A stretch of DNA of 64,000 nt from the NCBI GenBank assembly GCA_965112735.1, contig OZ218960.1, positions 2,170,001-2,234,000 of the forward strand, in the 5' to 3' direction. The stretch's first letter is position 1. The number at the start of each line of letters is the position of its first letter. The translations under genes and the position numbers were made by a program. This document shows, piece after piece, positions 59,829 to 64,000 of the stretch. Under the pieces are notes generated by a model. It saw only the letters and a list, made by a program, of their open reading frames with translations, made no database searches and had not been told where the DNA came from. This stretch comes from Phaeosaccion multiseriatum. Taxonomy: Eukaryota; Protista; Ochrophyta, other classes.

Positions 59829-62800
59829 TTAAGCGACATAGATCGATGAAACGAAGATAACATCCCTCTTGATGAGTGCCGAAGTGGCCTCCATTTTTCG
59901 GTAGAGGACCGGATCTCCCAGCACTCGTGCAGCAATACGGAGCTCTCTGCACACCTCATCTAGGCGTGTGATGGTGCGGACAATGGTGCCCTCTTGTACA
60001 GTCGTCAGCTGCGCAATGTCTCCAAAACTTACGCCTCTTGCCCACTCGTACACACAATCGACGAGACCGAAGTTGAGGTTGGCCTTGACCATTTCTTCCG
60101 GGTCCACTGGCAAGCCGTGGCGCTTGGCCAACTCGCCCAGGCCTCGGGCAATGTCAATGATGCTGTCCTTGGCCACATGCAGCCTCATTGACAGAACGGG
60201 GGGGTCGCTTGCCGACTTGTCCTGGAAAATCAAGGCGCTCAGGATGCCCGCAACCTCCGGGGGGTCCAGAGGGGCCAATACGTTTTCAAACACCATCTCT
60301 GTCGCAATGAGCTCATCGCACGTGTTGATCTCACATGCCACTCTTCCTTTGAGCTCAACCGTGCTTCCGCCTCGGTCAACGTAACCTAAACTGCGGAGAA
60401 CGGCTGCAGAGGGCGGGGAGAGGGTTAGGGTGCTGTGGCTCAAACGGACACGTCAGGCCTGATGTATTGCGGCTCAGCTTGGTTTACCTCTCTCCCCGAT
60501 CTCTTGGCCTCCCTCCCGCTCTCACGCACTCACCCAGTCGCTGCTGGAAGTCTGGAAACAAGGTCAGGCTCTCGTTGCTCAACACGTGCTTCATCCGCTC
60601 AATCTGGTTGGAGAGGGTCTGCCGCTTGCCCTGCGCCGTGTACTGCTCCGTCAGCTTGGGACAGTCGTGGCAAAGCATGCCCTCCCGAGTCTTCCGCGTG
60701 TGTAGCAAGTCACGTGAGAGATCCGCAAAGTCCAAATTGTTCATCTTTTGGTCCTTCACCAAGTCCAGCTGAGTAAAAGAGCCTCCTATGAGAGACGCTT
60801 CCACTTGCTCCAACACCGACACCAAAGACGCCATGGCACCAGCTTCCGCGCGAAGCACGCTCTCCTCATCAAACCTCTTGCGCTCCTTCCCTAGACCCGT
60901 AATGCCTCGCACTGGCACCTCGCATATCAGATATGCCCTGTCGTGCTGCGCCGTTCCCGACATGCCGTCTTTGAGGACACAAGTTCGCCCACCAAAGCGC
61001 GCTGCTGCTGCTGTTGCCTCGTCCACCTCCTTCTGGGGCTGCTGCAAGACGTGGCCAGCTGGACAAAGCAGCATGCACAGCAAGGTTGCCGTGCGCATAG
61101 GGCCGGCGTGTGCCCCCTCCTCGGCGACCGGCCCCCTCAGTACCACTGCGGGTGCATTGACCACAGGCCCGTGAGTCACAGTCAGGATGCGACCCCGCCC
61201 AAGCACTTGGTTGGAATGCTTGGTGTTGAGCACAAAGGAGTAGACAGCCTGCCCAAAAAAAAAGAGAGAGAGAGATAGAGAATTCACTCTCGTGAGACTT
61301 ACCCAGGGCAGAAAGAGGTCCCTTGGAAGATGGGATAACTCTAACCCTGGTCCCACCTGACTCAAGCCTTCGAGAGCGACGCTGGCCGCCATATAGTCCT
61401 CTATTTGAGCTACGTCTGCCTTTATACATGACTCGGCGCTGCTGTCCTCCGAGAGGGTGGCAAGCTGCGTTGTCGCGTCTTCCAGCTGCTTGGGAAGGTC
61501 TCGAGCCCCGAGGGCACGCTGCGTCGCAAACTCGCTGAAGGACCTGTGGATCGGAAAAAGAGTGCAAAAACAACAACACCAACGACAACAACACAACAAC
61601 AATAACAACAACATCATCAACAACAACAGCAAAAGGACGCCTCAAACCAAGCCTTGGGACGCGCCCATCCATCCACGCATGCACCCACCCATCCAGCACA
61701 TACCTCTTGATCATGTCCTCCACGGACATGTCCTCGACTCGCAGCAAGTTGAGGATCATGTTGTACTTGAGGCGGAACTGAGACTCGAGCTTCGTGGCCG
61801 TTCCCGTCAGCATCATCTTGAGCGGGGCCAGGGGGATGACATCGTTCCAGCACGTTATCATGACTGTCCCCACTTTGTCCAGCCCTCTCCGCCCAGCCCG
61901 CCCGGCCATCTGCGTGTATTCCCCGGGAAGAAGGTCGCGAAAGTCCTTTCCATCATGCTTGCGTACACCGTTAAACACGACAGTCCGAGCTGGCATGTTG
62001 ACACCCATAGCAAACGTCTCAGTGGCAAAGAGGACCTTAACCAGTCCGCGGCTGAAAAGGATTTCCACCACTTCCTTCAAGATAGGAAGCAGCCCCCCGT
62101 GGTGCACTCCCACGCCTCGCTTGAGCATCTCGCGTAAGCGCAGCACCTGAGGGAGTTTGGCGTCCCGCTCCTGCAGGCGTTTCACCGCGAAAGAGCAAAA
62201 TTGGTGAATCTGTGCCTTCTCCGCCCCAGTGCTCAAGTCTGTGCTGGCCAGCGCATCAGCGCACTCCTCGCACTTTCTTTTGCTAAAGCTGAACACGACC
62301 GCCGGCATCAAAGTCTTCTTCTTCAAATACCCCACCAAGCCCGTCCACTGCCCCCTGCTGCCGGCAACCTCTCTGCGATTCGCTGGCCTACTGTTACTGT
62401 TGTTCTTTCCGCCGCCGCTGCCGCCGCCGCTGCTGCTGCTGCTGCTGCTCTTCCCCCCCTGCTTGTTATCGGCACTCTTGGGTGCCACGTTAGCGACTGC
62501 AGCTCCGTGCCCTGAGGCTAGAAACCGCTTGCTTTGATCCATAACCTTGATGAGCTCGTTCCCTGCCCACAGGTGGTGCTGCAGGGGCACGGGGCGGTAG
62601 TTGGTGGTGATGACGTGCACGGGCTTCATCTTGGTGCGTCCAATCCAGTCGCTAAACTCAATCGTGTTGGGCGTGGTTGCAGACAAGAAGATCATGTTGG
62701 CGTGGTCCGGCAGCATGATGATGACCTCCTCCCACACCACGCCCCGCTCAGAGTCGTTGATGTAGTGCACCTACGAATGAATAACGGAGCACGGCCAGAC

Positions 62801-64000
62801 GCAGCAGGTAGGGGGGTGTTAGAACGGTTTCTGCCTTCTCCCAAGGCTGCACTCACTCCGATACTGCACACGGACCTACCTCGTCGAATATTACCCACTC
62901 GATGTCCCGCACGAGGTCTGCCCCCCTGTACAGCATGCTGCGAAGGATCTCGGTGGTCATGATAAGGCAGGACGCCTCGGGGTTGATGCTCACGTCTCCC
63001 GTAATGAGGCCCACGTCCCCGAACCGTGTCTTAAAGTCACGGTACTTCTGATTACTGCATAGAGGGAGGGTGGCGTGAATTAAATCACAACACAGGCTAA
63101 GGCCAGGAGCACCTCCACCCTTCCTCACCTGAGGGCCTTAATCGGACTCGTGTAAATGGCCCTCGTCATGTGTTGTGCCGCCATTGCGATCGCGTACTCG
63201 GCCACCACCGTCTTCCCGGCGGACGTGTGCGCAGCAACAAACACACACTCCTTGCGCTCTAAGCGTGCCACCGCCTGCTTTTGGAAGCCATCGAGCTCGA
63301 AGGGGTACGCAATGGCGGGGTTGGGGACTAGGGAAGCAAAGTCCGACACGTCCAGGGTGTCTGTGACCGCCCACGACGCTCGAGATTGAGGCGGGTCCTT
63401 GTGCATATTCAAGATGTGCTTGACGATAGCGGCCCTTCCTTCCATGCGGGGCTGCGCCTCGACGCGATGGCTCAACAAGTCTTTCACATCTTTCACACCT
63501 TGGCCGTCGCTCTCTGTCCGGTCGTCGTTGTCGTAGTCTGCTGGCGGTGGTGGTAGCGGTGCTACTGGTGCTGCTGTTGCTGCTGTTGCTGCTGTTGCTG
63601 CTGATGCTGCTGTTACTGTTGCTGCTACTGTTTCTGCTGCTGCTGCAGGCGGGGATGTCGGTGGAGGAATTGCGCCCTCACCTCTCTCTCTCGCAGGCGG
63701 CGGTACTCCTTGAAAGCTTGCCTCGGACTCCTCCACATGCGAGGGTGCGAGGCCCTGACTGAAAGTCACAACTGGAGGGACCGAAAGCAGATGCGAAGGT
63801 TCCACAGACCCAGACCCCACCACCACAAGGCTTGCGTCGATGGCGGACTGCGAAAGTCTGTCGTCGTCAAGCGCAGACGTGGCCGCGACATTATGTCCCT
63901 CCTTCCCCACACCTCCAGGCATAAAGGGCTTCATAGATCCCGTCTTCCCGCGAGTGTATGTGGATTTGGTGTCGCTGGGAGTCTCCAATGTAGTGACGCT
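59829..64000 (-). CDS. SKI2: Ski2-type DExH RNA helicase (5' end outside the window)
   Basis: [76 protein letters not shown]-terminal [18 protein letters not shown]; N-terminal [14 protein letters not shown] favours Ski2 over Mtr4. Confidence 0.95.

Overview
Eukaryotic, intron-rich, GC-rich nuclear DNA, most likely from an alga with a secondary red plastid (ochrophyte-like). The basis is several genes carrying a signal peptide plus an 'A/G-F' bipartite plastid-targeting motif, and a Psb31 orthologue. The window has three zones. (1) 1-4.6 kb: exon 2 of ribosomal protein eL37 and unassigned sequence. (2) About 4.6-41.2 kb: a repeat block with no recognisable host genes. It is bracketed by two inverted copies of a TIR element carrying kilobase (CCCT)n/(AGGG)n tracts. 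Inside are a non-autonomous LTR element whose two LTRs share ends but not cores; a 21-kb, 175-191-bp satellite with higher-order repeats (centromere candidate) interrupted by an 839-bp hairpin/foldback insert with tRNA-Arg(UCU)-like sequence; a decayed P-like transposase with an Ulp1-like ORF; and a tail-to-tail pair of TIR elements with different cargo. (3) 41.6-64 kb: a compact gene-dense block containing psb31, plastid ftsZ, APS/PAPS reductase, an unknown intronless ORF, a phosphagen kinase, organellar TrpRS, an HSF, LAMTOR2, a HET-like/LRR/TPR protein and SKI2. Most ORFs in the supplied track between 4.7 and 30.3 kb are repeat artefacts. All calls are by eye; no searches or folding programs were run.
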